Positions 12,597 to 24,892 of a stretch of DNA of 64,000 bases are shown in pieces (the first letter of the stretch is position 1; each line of letters starts with the position of its first letter). Under the pieces are notes generated by a model, which made no database searches, was not told where the DNA came from, and saw only the letters and a program-made list of their open reading frames with translations. Origin of the DNA: Ruditapes philippinarum (taxonomy: Eukaryota); NCBI RefSeq assembly GCF_026571515.1, contig NW_026858607.1:1-64000 (forward strand), read 5' to 3'. The position numbers and the translations under genes are program-made.

Positions 12597-13968
12597 TGTT
12601 TTTGTTTAGTGTAAGAATGATAGTTTTTTAAGTAGATTTATTCTTTTTCTTTCTGAATTTTTTGAATTTTGTTTTTACTTTTTTTTCTGTGTGGAGTTTC
12701 TATGTAAATGTGAATGATTGTGTTTATATGTTTTTGAAAAATAAAATAAATGAAAAAAAAAAAAAAAAGAATAGGTATTTCTTTTGTCTTTATACGATAG
12801 CCTTATGGCTTTAAGATAAGTATGAAGAATTGGCTGGTACAATATAGCATTTAAAACTTAAGATACATAATTAGACCACATTTTAACAGTCAATATATTG
12901 AAACATTAAACAATCGTAATGAACTATCAATGTATTCCGGTCAACATGTTGATAAAAGTTATATACAGTTGTATTTGTTGATACTTAAACAACAGAAATA
13001 TGGGGCATAACCTTAATTACTCGATCTAATTATAAAGGATTGCACACGGGTCCCGTTGTAGCAGGGGTTGTAGGCCTTACTATGCCAAGGTATTGCTTAT
13101 TTGGTGATATGGTCAACACTGCCTCAAGAATGGAATCAAATGGAGAACGTAAGATCGGTTTCCATTCATTCCAATCGCATTTATCTATATTTTGTTATAA
13201 ATGAATTTTAAATAGCATGTTGCATATTGCTAGTTCTATTTTAGTAATATTTACATAGGGATAATCTAAAACTCATGTAGACAATACTACAAAATAGTTA
13301 TATATATTTATTTTGTGCAGAACAATATACTAAGAAATGTTTTCTTTTTCACTGAGATACTTTTTGTAAAACCAAAGTTCTTCTGTGCTTATGTTTTCAT
13401 GAAGATAAAATAATAAATTTACTTAAACTACAGGTATTTCCCAGAACTTTTTTGATCATATTAAATTACTACAACTTATAGTATATTTACAAAATTTCAT
13501 TATCACAAATGTATTTTGTTTCGCATATCTCTTAAAACATTTTCAGCATTAAGGATTCACATCAGTCCTGAGACTAAAGAGGCTTTGAGTTGCTTTCCGA
13601 ACTTTTTAATAGAGGAAAGGGGAGTTGTTCCTATAAAGGTAACGCACATATTGTTAATAAAAGAAACTAAAGTTTAATTTTGCAAAATTACATCCATCTT
13701 TGGTAGTCTGAGCAATTCCATGTATCAAATTATATCAATTACATGCAGATTGAAAATCTATTCAATTTGATAACAATTTTTTCTACATAAAGACTCATTA
13801 ATATGTAGGACATTATTTTCATAATATTATTATTTTTATCATATTATTTCTGATTTTTGATATTAGGGAAAAGGACTCATGCGTACTTACTGGCTAATTG
13901 GTGAACTTGAAGAACACACGTGTAAAGAAACCGACTCAGCTGGACTAACAAATGACAAATTGTGTTAA
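1..13968 (+). CDS. Receptor-type (NPR/atrial natriuretic peptide receptor-like) guanylyl cyclase, 5'-partial multi-exon gene
   Basis: Phase-consistent GT-AG exons: <1-25, ~178-274, 982-1105, 2326-2465, 3325-3421, 3751(or 3775)-3832, 4213-4309, 4598-4804, 6412-6516, 6901-6972, 7308-7479, 7755-7913, 8184-8379, 8988-9128, 9694-9817, 10429-10497, 10891-11053, 13038-13148, 13547-13638, 13867-13968(TAA). Motifs: [12 protein letters not shown] (ANF-receptor ectodomain), [16 protein letters not shown] helix, kinase-homology domain ([18 protein letters not shown]), coiled coil [13 protein letters not shown], cyclase [47 protein letters not shown]. Confidence 0.95.
178..274 (+). CDS. Guanylyl cyclase ectodomain exon (5' boundary uncertain: 167/174/178)
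   Basis: [32 protein letters not shown] then GTAAGT donor; phase 0 fits next exon. Confidence 0.55.
982..1105 (+). CDS. Guanylyl cyclase ectodomain exon
   Basis: [41 protein letters not shown]; AAG/GTAAAT. Confidence 0.85.
1410..2135. mobile_element. Degenerate pearl/HINE-like non-autonomous element in intron
   Basis: Starts TTTTTATACGCCCAAATTTGGCGTATA hairpin, CGTC microsatellite remnant, GTCAAGGT..AAGGTCAC core-repeat motif; ends uncertain. Confidence 0.35.
2326..2465 (+). CDS. Guanylyl cyclase ectodomain exon
   Basis: [35 protein letters not shown]...; CAG/GTAATT, 3' end less certain. Confidence 0.75.
3325..3421 (+). CDS. Guanylyl cyclase juxtamembrane exon
   Basis: [32 protein letters not shown], the conserved PPDxPxCGF..C motif. 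Confidence 0.9.
3751..3832 (+). CDS. Guanylyl cyclase transmembrane exon (acceptor ambiguous; TGA at 3756-3758 if upstream AG is used)
   Basis: (NSLAL)[20 protein letters not shown]; donor GTTGGT at 3833, phase 2 fits next exon. Confidence 0.75.
4213..4804 (+). CDS. Guanylyl cyclase exons 4213-4309 and 4598-4804 (juxtamembrane, start of kinase-homology domain)
   Basis: [19 protein letters not shown]...; ...[17 protein letters not shown]...KMKC. Confidence 0.9.
5352..5592 (+). repeat. Internal fragment of the ~630-nt structured repeat family A
   Basis: Clear similarity to 32765-32996 (GGATATGTTGCCTGCTTTTTAAATTTGTC...GTCACATTGAAGGTTCCA). Confidence 0.9.
6412..8379 (+). CDS. Guanylyl cyclase kinase-homology exons 6412-6516, 6901-6972, 7308-7479, 7755-7913, 8184-8379
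   Basis: [23 protein letters not shown] / [16 protein letters not shown] / [26 protein letters not shown] / [14 protein letters not shown] / [10 protein letters not shown]. Confidence 0.93.
6615..6740 (+). repeat. Diverged fragment of structured repeat family A/B
   Basis: Similar to 32750-32890; stem CTCCTGC/GCAGGGG replaces GCCTGC/GCAGGC. Confidence 0.6.
8988..11053 (+). CDS. Guanylyl cyclase exons 8988-9128, 9694-9817, 10429-10497, 10891-11053 (coiled coil and cyclase N-half)
   Basis: [30 protein letters not shown] / [17 protein letters not shown] / [14 protein letters not shown] / [20 protein letters not shown]. Confidence 0.95.
9847..10201. mobile_element. Kolobok-like MITE, related copy at ~59552-59882
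   Basis: Short TIR AGATATACTA/TAGTATGTCT with TTAA at both ends; internal sequence similar to 59552-59882. Confidence 0.55.
11061..12766 (+). mobile_element. 5'-truncated L1/Tx1-clade LINE (frameshifted ORF2 C-terminus, 3'UTR, poly(A))
   Basis: [17 protein letters not shown]...GGLKMIDI; zf-RVT-like [13 protein letters not shown]; (TG)n in 3'UTR; AATAAA + poly(A); 15-bp TSD AAGAATAGGTATTTC at 11046-11060 and 12767-12781. Confidence 0.92.
13038..13968 (+). CDS. Guanylyl cyclase exons 13038-13148, 13547-13638, 13867-13968 (cyclase C-half, stop)
   Basis: [37 protein letters not shown] / [15 protein letters not shown] / [13 protein letters not shown]...KLC*. Confidence 0.95.
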
Positions 13969-14929
13969 AAGATGGATGTGCTTTATTTAGGCGATATAAA
14001 CAATACTTAAGCATTTGGAAGTAAACATATGTATATGAAATGCTAACTTCATTTTGTTAACGTATATTGTTATTTTGTAGTTTTATTTATTATAGTATTT
14101 CAATTCTATTTTATGAAACTATATATAATTAAAGGGATTCCACCTAGGTTTTTTGACATAATTTTCCGAGATTAATGTTAACTGATGAATGTCTACCAAT
14201 AACTTTTGTGCAAATTTCAGATCATTTGGTCACTCAGTTTTTTCCAGAATAATTATTCTAATTGTAAAAAATGTGCCAATTTTGAAAAGTGTTGCAACGT
14301 TTTTTACTCACATCGGAATAGAGTAGAAAAATATGATTTTTAATTTATTTCTGAGTATATTGCTTTATAACCTTTTGTATATCATTCTGTTTTAATTGTC
14401 GCGCTGATCTATGTAAGAAATAGGTTATCGGACCTCAGTGAAAACAAAAGCAGAAATAAAGTGTACATTGTATTAACATTTTATTTGATAGTTATGTGTG
14501 TGTGTGTGTGTGGGTGGGGGGCAGGGTGTTAGTGGGGTGGGTTTGTTCATCTTTGATTCATCTAAAATACAGACTGCTGCTAATTATATGACGTATATGA
14601 CTGATGATGTAAACGCTAGCATGAGCCGTGACCTTTCAACTAAAGTGAGGCGTATTATGTGTGATTATCTCCCTGATTATGACAAATTTGTCTTAAGAAA
14701 CTGCATTTACAGGGATAATGCTTATTATAAATGACGTTTTTGTCACTAATACTCAATCGTTGGATATGGGATACCGACGGAAATACCGGAAAACACTTAA
14801 AATCCTTAAGTTTCCACGTAACCTTAATTCTTTTTTGATAAAGAAACTAATACATTTTTACTTCTAGCGTTTGATACCTGCATTTGATCAGACTGCAAAA
14901 TGATCCAGGGAACACTGTGAGATATGTTT

Positions 14930-15080
14930 CTTAGCCGTTGCTATGGGGCATGGTGGTAACTTGCACACTTTTAGCACCGTCCATGAACAGGCTGAATCAA
15001 ACCGAGCCTGTTATATTTCCAAGTTTGTCGTTTTGGACGTTATTATGCGTTATTATGGGGTTTGGTATTTCTCTATTCTA
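14930..15080 (+). repeat. 3' fragment of structured repeat family A
   Basis: GGTAACTTGCACACTTTTAGCACCGTCCATGAACAGGCTGAATCAAACCGAGCCTG...TTTCTCTATT. Confidence 0.8.
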
Positions 15081-15514
15081 AATGAAATTGTCGTGTCGTG
15101 TATTAAATTGACGATTCGCGTAAGCATTAATATATGCTTCTTTTAAAATATGAAAAACTATATTGGAATTATGGAGATCATATCAACTGACTACATTTAT
15201 AATGATATAATATAATATCAAGAACATATAATGTTACAAAATGTTAGGATTAATTATGAAGTGTCTTTCGGTATATTTCTTGCGCATGGGTTTTCTTGAA
15301 TATGAAAGTTCACACGTTAATTAACATCGTTGGTTGTCTCGTAAGTTTAGACGCATTTTATAAAATTTCATTTTTCTGTTGAATAAGTTATTCACTAGCG
15401 AATTAATGAAATCTTAGGTGTGTAAAATGGGAAGAAGCACAGGGTTCAAATATTTAAAATATCCAAGAAATTTAACTATTAAGTTGAATTTATTGAAGAA
15501 TTTAGGCTGTTACT

Positions 15515-15840
15515 TCTTCCGGTGGATCAACCTCTTTCCAGATATTCATACTCCACAACAGCAGGTGTCAAGGACCGTGTGATAGCTGTAAAAAGTTGAC
15601 GCGCACTTCACTTCAGTGTTGTTATTCCCCCCTCCTGGTCGTTTGGGATCATAAATTCCATCAATTTAAGTTTTTGAAATTGATTACCACTTGAGCCGGT
15701 GCTAGGGGCGTGAGGAATGTTGTACCTTTTCATAATCCCTCATGCACATACTCAATCAAACAGGCCGGCAATTTTCATGTTATTTTGCTGTTATAATGTT
15801 ACTAATGTTTCCAAGCGATCACTTTCTTTCCAAATTTGTT
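15515..15840 (+). repeat. Structured repeat subfamily B copy with terminal redundancy
   Basis: GCCGGTGCTAGGGGCGTGAGG...CCTCATG hairpin; B-type end (GATCACTTTCTTTCCA) resembles 15516-15545. Confidence 0.7.
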
Positions 15841-16584
15841 TGAGAAACAGCCTTTATATAAGTTTACTTATTTTAAAATGAACAATGAGATTCCCTGATT
15901 TCAATGACCAAGGAAATTCCTACTTATTACATTCAGTTATTTTCTGTATAGTTTACAGGCAGCCAAACTGTTCATTCATTGTAATTCTCTGTCGGCGATA
16001 AAATTAAAAATACACAAAACGTTATGGACCCACTAATTATCTTGAGTTCTTTTATAATCAGTTATATTTCATAGTTAGATTCCTGTGGTCAACGATAATA
16101 AAAAGAAAAAAAATATAAGATTATTTGTAAAAAATATTTTCTTCTTCGAATACATTTCATTATCAAAGATGTTCTTTGATATCTACTGTTGTGCTCTTTT
16201 TTCTAAGTCGATGAATTATTTAATGTTATAGGTCAAATTTTGCAAACTTTGTTTAAGAGACATTCAGATAATTTGCAGATGCATCGTTTGATCACATTGT
16301 ATCTCATACTTTATTTTGTGATCTCCAGACTATGTTATGTGATATACAACGATCTAAGGCCAACATGGCTATATATTTGTCTTTATGGTATTTTATGACG
16401 AAGTAATTACAGTATTTTTCACGGTAAAATAACATAAAAGAAGATTACTCTGTCAACATAGACCTAAAGAGAAAAGTTACTTGTAGACCAATTTGAAATT
16501 GTACAGTCACAGACCCCCTCAACAAGATTATAATCTAATAAAAAACTTATTACAATTATTTATTTAAAATTAATAAAATGTCGC

Positions 16585-16835
16585 GTCCCTGGACCTTTAG
16601 TGGTTGAAGTTGACGACTTTAGGTGTGGATTCAAATCCCGCAAGGGACATTGCATTATTTCATGAGAGAAAACTATTAAGCAAGTTTACGGAACGTCAAT
16701 GCTTCTGCTCAGATGCCCGTTCGTGCTTGAAATAATGACATGAGTGGCACCGAGATTTTCAAGCATCAGTAAAACTAGAAAAGTCGCCATTTGATCTATA
16801 CAGTTGGTGCGATTTAAAAAAATCAATAAAATAAA
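16585..16835 (+). mobile_element. tRNA-derived SINE (Meta-SINE-like)
   Basis: Box A-like ..TAGTGGTT, box B GGATTCAAATCCCG, central TTACGGAACGTC..GCCCGTTCGTG..GAAATAATG, tail AAAGTCGCCAT..GGTGCGA + A-rich end. Confidence 0.7.
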
Positions 16836-18149
16836 GGTCAGTTTTGTATAGACATGCATTTCTGACGCGGGTATGATGTACTAACATTACAATTCCAATT
16901 AATGACAAAAAGCCAAATTTGCCTTTTAAGGTAAAACCCTCCTAATATTATTTCCACATTCATGAGTATTTTTATTTGCTAGAATTTTGTTCAGTTGCAT
17001 GTAAAGTCGATATCATTTTTTCTATTTTTTCTATAAAAGATATACTCGTATATGTATCTCTCAGATACGTTTAGAAAAGAAAAGGTGTTCAATTTTACAA
17101 TGGCTCAAATGCCCAATACCTGATATTGTCTAGATCCGAAAAAAATACAGGGTACAGTCTTTTATATATGACAATATCAACCAATGTATAAAGATACCTA
17201 ATTTAAACAATAATTATCTAGAATGAGTTCATGTTTTTTTATATTTTTAAAATATATTCAAACTTTTATTACTACTTAATATATCAAGAGTATTCAATTT
17301 TTGTTTTAACAAAACACACATCTAGGTTGTACAATCGCAACATCAACATTGCATGAAAATCACAGAAATATTCAGGCTTTCTATCTTTAATGTAATAATA
17401 AACACAATCAATAAAAAACAAGATAAAATGCATACATGCAGCAAGAATTTGACTCTGTCTACAAATATTTCATTATTAAATAAATATATGTACAACAATT
17501 AAAAAATTTTAAGCATGATTTTTCCGCCTTTTTTAAACCCAAGTCACATACTTTAAAGCATTTTGGCAAAGAGCTTTATAAGATTATTTGGGCAAATTTT
17601 TGTCTTGTCCTTCACGCACCTACTTTTATTACACAATTCAAATAGCGTTGACAAAATTTCACTATTGTATGGTCAATATCTTATTTGAATATTTCTTCTT
17701 CTGACACTGACAATAAGTAAAGTTAATTGATATCGTCTGAGTTTATAACAACTTTATATACTTAACTTATTGCGAGGTAAAGTTCTATAATTTGTCATAA
17801 TTACATTGCACTGTTATAGGAGAGTTACGTAATATTCTGTCAGACTATTTATAATATAAGCTCAATGTATATTTCGTATACACTAATTCAGTGCTAAAAT
17901 AGCATATTTTGAGCAAATATGGTGTTGGCAAGAAGTATATTTACGAACTTATTAAAGCAAATGAAGGAAAGTGATATATGTTTCGTTGAGTCAATATTCT
18001 TCAAAAATTGTATTATCATATGAAATAATATTTGTTTTGTCGTCGCTCTTTTCCATGCAAGTATCTTATCATTAGGTGTTTAATGTTATTTCCGTACATA
18101 CTGCACACTTCTCTTAATCAAATATTGCAACTATCCAAATTCAAGTGTA

Positions 18150-18700
18150 ACTTCTTGGCTGACAACAACGGCAATTTCTTTTGAGATATGATGGTAGCAT
18201 TCTTATTTTACAATTATCTAAAAGTCTGCATCACAATCCCACAATCCTGTAAGGCTTATGTCGAATAGTTACTTTAAATTCTTAAACCTTATCAATTTAG
18301 CCTGTAACATTAGTCATGCTATCCCAGAGGAAGACACAATACTGTTTCTAATTCTGTGGCTCTGGTGCAGACTTGTGCTGACCAAAAAAATCAAATCTGA
18401 TTCTAATATTGCAATCCATTAGCATTTCAAATACATCCCAAAAGATAATATTGTGCCAAGAAAGGCTTTATAGAAACAAAGGAGATAAGCAACCTAGCCA
18501 ATATCTAACACTTTAAGCGACACGGATAATAGTTGGTTGTATATCTTTGGTGGCATCACTCCACAGATCGATTGCATTCTCTCATGTAAGATTGGAAAAA
18601 ATACAAACCATTTCCTGTCTGTGTTATCAAGAAAAAAGGAATTAATGGGAAGATATACAAGAAGAAATTCGAATGAAATTAATGAATTTAACATTCCCTA
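18150..18700 (+). pseudogene. Decayed coding segment paralogous to segment X of the 47-64 kb array
   Basis: NTLSDT..YIFGGITPQIDCILSCKI aligns with HDTLADT..FIFRGISPH.KQIDGQLSRQI (59190-59335, - strand); boundaries approximate. Confidence 0.4.
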
Positions 18701-21479
18701 CATTTTCTATTTATATGTCATATTTTAAGTGATCAATTGCCTCGTCGTCTGTGTACCTAAAATGCGTACTTCGGTGATAGCAGATAAATGATTTTCTTTT
18801 TTCACTAATTGTATGAAACGAATGATAGATGTTACATGCTTTTTATCTGTTTATTTTTTTTTCAATAATATTCAATCGAAAGTATGCACCATTTTGAAAT
18901 AGGCAATTGTTATTTTAATTATTGCTATCTTTATATTCTTTTAGGACAGAACTAGTACATTTTAAAGACCGATAATATTTTTGTGAGACTTCCCTAATAT
19001 TTATGCCTGTCTGTGTGAAATAACCATTGAAAAAGACAATGAAATGACCAAAGCTAGTATGAAATTGATAAATAATTTAACAATGCAGTCTCATTCATCC
19101 GCAATAGAAGTGTAATTAAAGTCAAATTGTATTACGAAATTATGAACAACAATGTAAGGTTTCATTTTGTTCAAATTTCCTTTTTCTTATATTGTAACTT
19201 ACTGTACAAAACGTATTATCAAATAACATAACATAACATTTAATAGGCATTAAATGTTATAACATTCATAGCCGCGTCATATCACATATTATACAAACAT
19301 ATTATGGGCAAGAACATGGTTAACAAACGTTTTTTAATATGTTGTTAAACCCACATTAAGGCAAAATGAATATATATCATCACAAACGTAGCTCTGTGAA
19401 AGACTATAATACATTCTTGCCGAAACCTCTAATGAAAATGAAAATGAATATGCCTTCCAAACATATTGTTATTTATACGAAATAGAATGCATGTTAAACT
19501 AACTGTGTAAGGAGTTACAGTTTGAAACAGGAAAGAGCTGCTATTTCAGCAAAAGAAAAACAAATGAACCGAGCTCAACTGACAAAGGTTTCGTCTTTAG
19601 AAATATCATTGGATAATCACCAACTTGACTAATGTAAAGGTACATAATATGCATGGATATAAGTAACGAACGCTGAACTGTCAGACTTGAATTCAACAAA
19701 TTACGCAAAGTACTCTTAAACTGTCTGGTAATTTGCATACAACTAGTGATATTTTGCATAAAGCTAGAAAATATAACCTAATGTTTAATGCTATGAGTTC
19801 CAATCAGACACGTTGCGTTAACATGGGAATACAATTCAAGAAAAAGTCACGACTTTAAAATTATTTTTCTTAATGGATTTTCTTCTTTTTTGTCTGACAA
19901 AAATCTCATGGGGAAAATAAAATATTCAGATTTATAGCTTTGATTTGTTGCTCTTTATCTCGAGCCATTCTAAAATCAATAAAATATTTTGAAAGTTTCT
20001 GGTTATGCAACTAAATTTATCCATTGTCTGTATTTGACCTGGAAAAAACACACTTTTTAGCAAACTCCATTGTGCTCTTGACTCTGGCGCCGTGTTTGTT
20101 GGACTTTGTGTCATGTTAATTGAAATTTATTCAGTGCATATACAATAACAGCACATCTTCTCCGGTAATTCCTTTTTTACCCAGAATGCAACATGTTTGT
20201 AAAATAAGTTTTAAGCAATTTAACGGCACAACGCCCACACCACATACCTATATAAAAATCAAAATAGGAAAATTCATACAACATGGGCGTTTTCCGTTGC
20301 CAACCTCATCATTTTATCAATGAAGACAGATAATATAATATAAATTATGATACGTTGCGCTTTTTGTGTCAAATACCCGTGAAATATAAATAAATGAAAA
20401 ACTATCAATAACTATATTCTTATTTCAAATTAATGTCACTGGAAAACTTACAAGTTCGCAAAGAAATCCAGCTAGCTGTATTTTTCAGCGATATTTTGCG
20501 TGCATCGGTAACCGAACATTCGTCTTCACCTCAAAATTCTGTGCTATTTTTAGGTACAGATGATTTAAATCTTTATCATAATAACGCATTTCAGAAGCAT
20601 GGAAATCAGATTGATTGTTCATGGCAAATAAACGCTGAGCTGTAGGTCTTAAAATGCAATGCGTTGTTCTCACGAATGATCTTATAATACAAAAACTTTC
20701 CTGGAAATACTTTTAATGATATTTTAAATATGTTTTAGCAACTGTTTGCGCCAATTCATTTCTTTCAATTTGGATTGCTTTAAAATATATTGGTTAATTT
20801 ACGTACCTTGGTAATCGTATCGGTCACAGAACTGCATAATTATGCACTCATAATTTACTTTTACACAATTCCTACTTATTTTTCTATTCATGCATCACTG
20901 GATATACAAGTACACACAACAGTGACATATTTAAGCATGAAAGAAGGAGAAAAACTTACAAATACAAATTTTTGTTGCTTTTTCTCGTATTTGTGTTTAG
21001 AAAATTGTATTTTTATTTCTTTTTTATTGATCATTAGGCACACAGTTAAAAAATAACAATGTTTTTAGAGACAATGCATTATGAGTATTATAATTAGTAA
21101 AATATAATAATTTTTCATAAGTATATTTATATGACAATTGTACTTCAGACAAATACAATGAAAGAGCAGTGAAGGAGAATTTCAGCTTTCTTTGATCTAT
21201 ACATTAGTCAGTAGTTCGCGTTTCACAAGCACCAAATAAGGTTAATATATTTTAGTTTTGTTTTGAATAACGCTGATACTGTAAATGAGTAGGCATTCAT
21301 GTAAACAAAAATCACCGTCGTCCGAGAACTACTTCTACCTTGATAGCTTCCAAACGCGAAAGGCCTTGCCAAGAGTCAAACCTAGAGTGGTGAGAAACAA
21401 GTTTTTACAAGTCAGAGACAATAACCAGTTGAGCAAACAATAGAAATCATTCTGAAACGAAAAAAGGAAAACAAATAGA

Positions 21480-21532
21480 AAACGACAACAACACAACCAC
21501 CTTAAAAGAAAACACATACAAAAAAACAAAAC

Positions 21533-21564
<32 letters not shown>

Positions 21565-21620
21565 ACAAAAACAACAAAAAAATAAACAACAACAAAAAAC
21601 AAAACAAACATACAAATCTA
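21480..21620. repeat. Poly(A)/(CAA)-rich low-complexity tract
   Basis: Long A run with interspersed CAA/CAAA. Confidence 0.9.
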
Positions 21621-21982
21621 AAATCCGATTCAGCTGATATTGTGCACATTTCATGCATATTGAAGAGATAGTAAAACCAGTCAAACCCGGTGAGACCAAT
21701 GAAGGCAAAGTAAAATGAGAATTTCAGCGCATCTGTTTTCGAGCAGTACTTGTTTAATGAGTGGGAAGAACTAAATTTTATTCCAATATACATTCGGACC
21801 ACCTCGCCGTTTTAATCTCAGAAACTACAATTCTACCAGGTGGCGTTTGATGTTAAGAAATGTTAAAAACTGAACAGCTGTATAAGACATCGAAGCGACA
21901 TGCTTTAGATAAATTTAATAAATCTTCAAAAAAGATCAAACCTAAACATATTTTATATTTCAAGAAATGAATAAATAGAGAT

Positions 21983-23160
21983 AATTTGTTTGTTTGTGTG
22001 TAAGACGAAATTTTATTTCATCGAGTGAGCTTTATAAACAGTATTCTCACGAGTGGCGTAGCGTAGCCACGCGTGAGAAATTCTGAGAATACTGTTTTTA
22101 AACTTCACGAGATGAAATAAAATTACATCTTATACAACAAATAAACAAATTTTCTTTTTATTTAATGCTTTAAAACAAGTGAAAACGAAATTTCCTTGAT
22201 ATAAACTTAAATATTAAAATATGTTTTCCCCACTTGTAGCCTCTATTATTTACATGTATTTGTCGAATTTCTCATAAAATACAAGAAGTCTTGGGCTGAA
22301 AATAAGTTCGATAATCAACGTTAAATGGCGGTGATATTATTCATTTTTTAAAAAGAATATGAATGATCGCTTGTTTTAATTATAAAAACAAACAATTCTA
22401 GTAGGAGAAAAAGTCCAACCATCCATATTTCTGTTACTTACTGCGAAGTTATATTAGACCTGGCTCTGTTAAATGTAAGCGGCCGCCATTTTTAAAAGTT
22501 GTGTATTTCACGGGAGGAAAATAATTGTGTTTGATTCAGAGGGATATCATTTGGATTTATTAGTCATACACCTTTTTAAAAGAAAGAAAACTTATTTGAG
22601 GATTGTAACAGACAATATATAAGTGTTGACAGATGTGTAAACATTCAAAAAACGGCTACGAAATTGGAAACTTGGATTTGTTGAAAGGCAGCCTTACGAA
22701 CGCTGTGTTGTTTACTTATTCTTCGGGTCATTGCTTTTCAAGTTTTTATAAAGCATACAGCAGTTATTGCTCGTAGGATACTTAAATATGCCCAAATGTC
22801 ATCAAGAACAGTTTTGCACGAGGAAGGAATGTATTTTTCAGACTGTAAAAATGAAACAAAAACATTAAGAGACGATATTTGGTGATTGGTAATCTGGATG
22901 AATAGAAGTAAGTTTTCTTCTTTTTATTACTTTTGACATTTAAGTTTTTTATCAATTTTAGCTTTGCTTTTCTCTAAACAGCCTGACATTGTCAAAATTG
23001 TCCGCAAAAATAAAATTGAGGTACCACATAGGGAAAATCTTAAAAAAGTAGTTTCGTCATTGAAAAGTGTGAAATTATATTTTGATAATTTTCATTGTCA
23101 AATTATCAAATATAATTTTCATGGATAAATCCGTAATCCACTTAAAAGCATAAAATAAAT
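21983..23160. mobile_element. Non-autonomous element with ~170-bp terminal palindrome (possibly Crypton-like)
   Basis: 21983-22151 folds back around GAGTGGC-GTAGCGTA-GCCAC; body bounded by imperfect inverted repeat (TTTATTTAATGCTTT / AAAGCATAAAATAAA). Confidence 0.5.
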
Positions 23161-24892
23161 ATTTATTATTCAGAAAATACTTTGAACTACTTTGCAACTA
23201 CTTTTTACTGTTTTTGTCACTAAATTCCTTTCCCAATACTAACATTATAGAAGATAGCATATTTCGACATGTTATATGTACTAAGTGCCTATTTGGTTTA
23301 ATCACTTATTTAAAAACCAAGTTTTGACAATTTTTGGTACTCGTTAAAATACTTTTTAAGTTTTCATTAAAAACATCTTGAAGCATGCTGTGTTAAGTTT
23401 TACTAGTTATTTTAGCATTTAAATACAGTTACAAAATTCAGGAAATAACAATATTTAACCTACTGCTAACAAGTCAACAGGGAAATTAAAAGGAATTGTT
23501 TATTCTGTTTTATAGAAGTTCATTTCATTTTCATCTCTATCTTGAAAATTCATAGCAATAAAATAGATCGCGCATCAATAATTTGCTTATCAAAAATCAT
23601 AGAAAAGGCTTCTTATACACTTACGCATTTACAATCCATTTACAAAATTACATTAAAATATCAACAGCTTCATGAAATATCATAAGACTTTCTTGTTAAT
23701 GCAAGGCTCGATTAACATACTGACTCTCCATAAACTTAAGGTAGCTAAAATGTACAATATAATGATACTGTAAAATCAAATGCATGAACACTTTTCATGG
23801 TTCATATTAAATACCATGTGACTTTTTGTGATCTACGTGGAGCGAAAAAAAATAACAACAACACAATACCATTAAACAGGTAATATTTTACTTTAACTTT
23901 TTTTCCCATAAAAAATTTCATTATTTGATATAGGACAACATGTAGACTTCGCTCACTCCAGTTAGTTAGCCATTCAAAGAATGATTCTGTGAAAATCAGT
24001 TTTACCTTATTCATAATGTGAAATACATGTATGAGTACAAAAATCATCAGGGGAAAGTGCCGCCTCCAAAACATTTAGTCAAACAAGTCTAATGAAAAGA
24101 AACTAAACAATAAGTGGACATAAAATGAAACTTAAAGAAAGATACTCATTTAACCCGAGACATATTATATGTATTGGAAACTAACGAGACTAGCTGGCTC
24201 TATACTTTATCTGATATTTTTAAGCGATTGAAGTACATACTATCTGGACAGTTATTTGTATTTGTTTGAATTTTACTTTTCAATCCCTCAGCCCGTGGGT
24301 CATCCTCGCGTTTGTGCAGATGTAAAGGAACAAAAAGTGGTTCCAGTTTTACCATCTAAGTCTCTATTTTTATATTACAAGGTTTACACTTTGCGGTTTG
24401 ATCATTTGATTTCTTTCATATTGTATAATATTCCTTCATTCGTATCGGTAAATCAACATCAATTCAGCATTATATATTACATCATCTTATTTATTATGTA
24501 AAAGGCTTTACAGTAACTACTGTTACAAGGAATTGTTAAGAAAAAGAAACTAATCTGTTACTGGTTGTTAAGGATATTAAACTGTGCTTTAAGTAATTAC
24601 TAATAATAGTGTGAGTCCGAAGAATGAACTAATAAAAAGTCAAGCATATAGACTCGCATCAGAACTTGGAAATATTTAAAGTAGGCTTCGTAATGTTATA
24701 GAATTCATATCAATGTCGAGAAAATATGTCGTAGATAAATCTAACAGACTTTATTGGCATGACAGTTACCATAGTGATAGAATACATTTTATAAAAAGTG
24801 TCCTGATAAATCACATCGTTAAGTCGGCCGTGTGTTTAAGAACTTTGTGATAAAATCATCCCCAAAACTTTACCCACTTTTTCAAATGATAG

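Noticed and set aside
18145-18210. GPCR TM3-like peptide (SWLTTTAISFE)
   Set aside because: Immediately broken by stops and no other helices could be recovered; likely chance.
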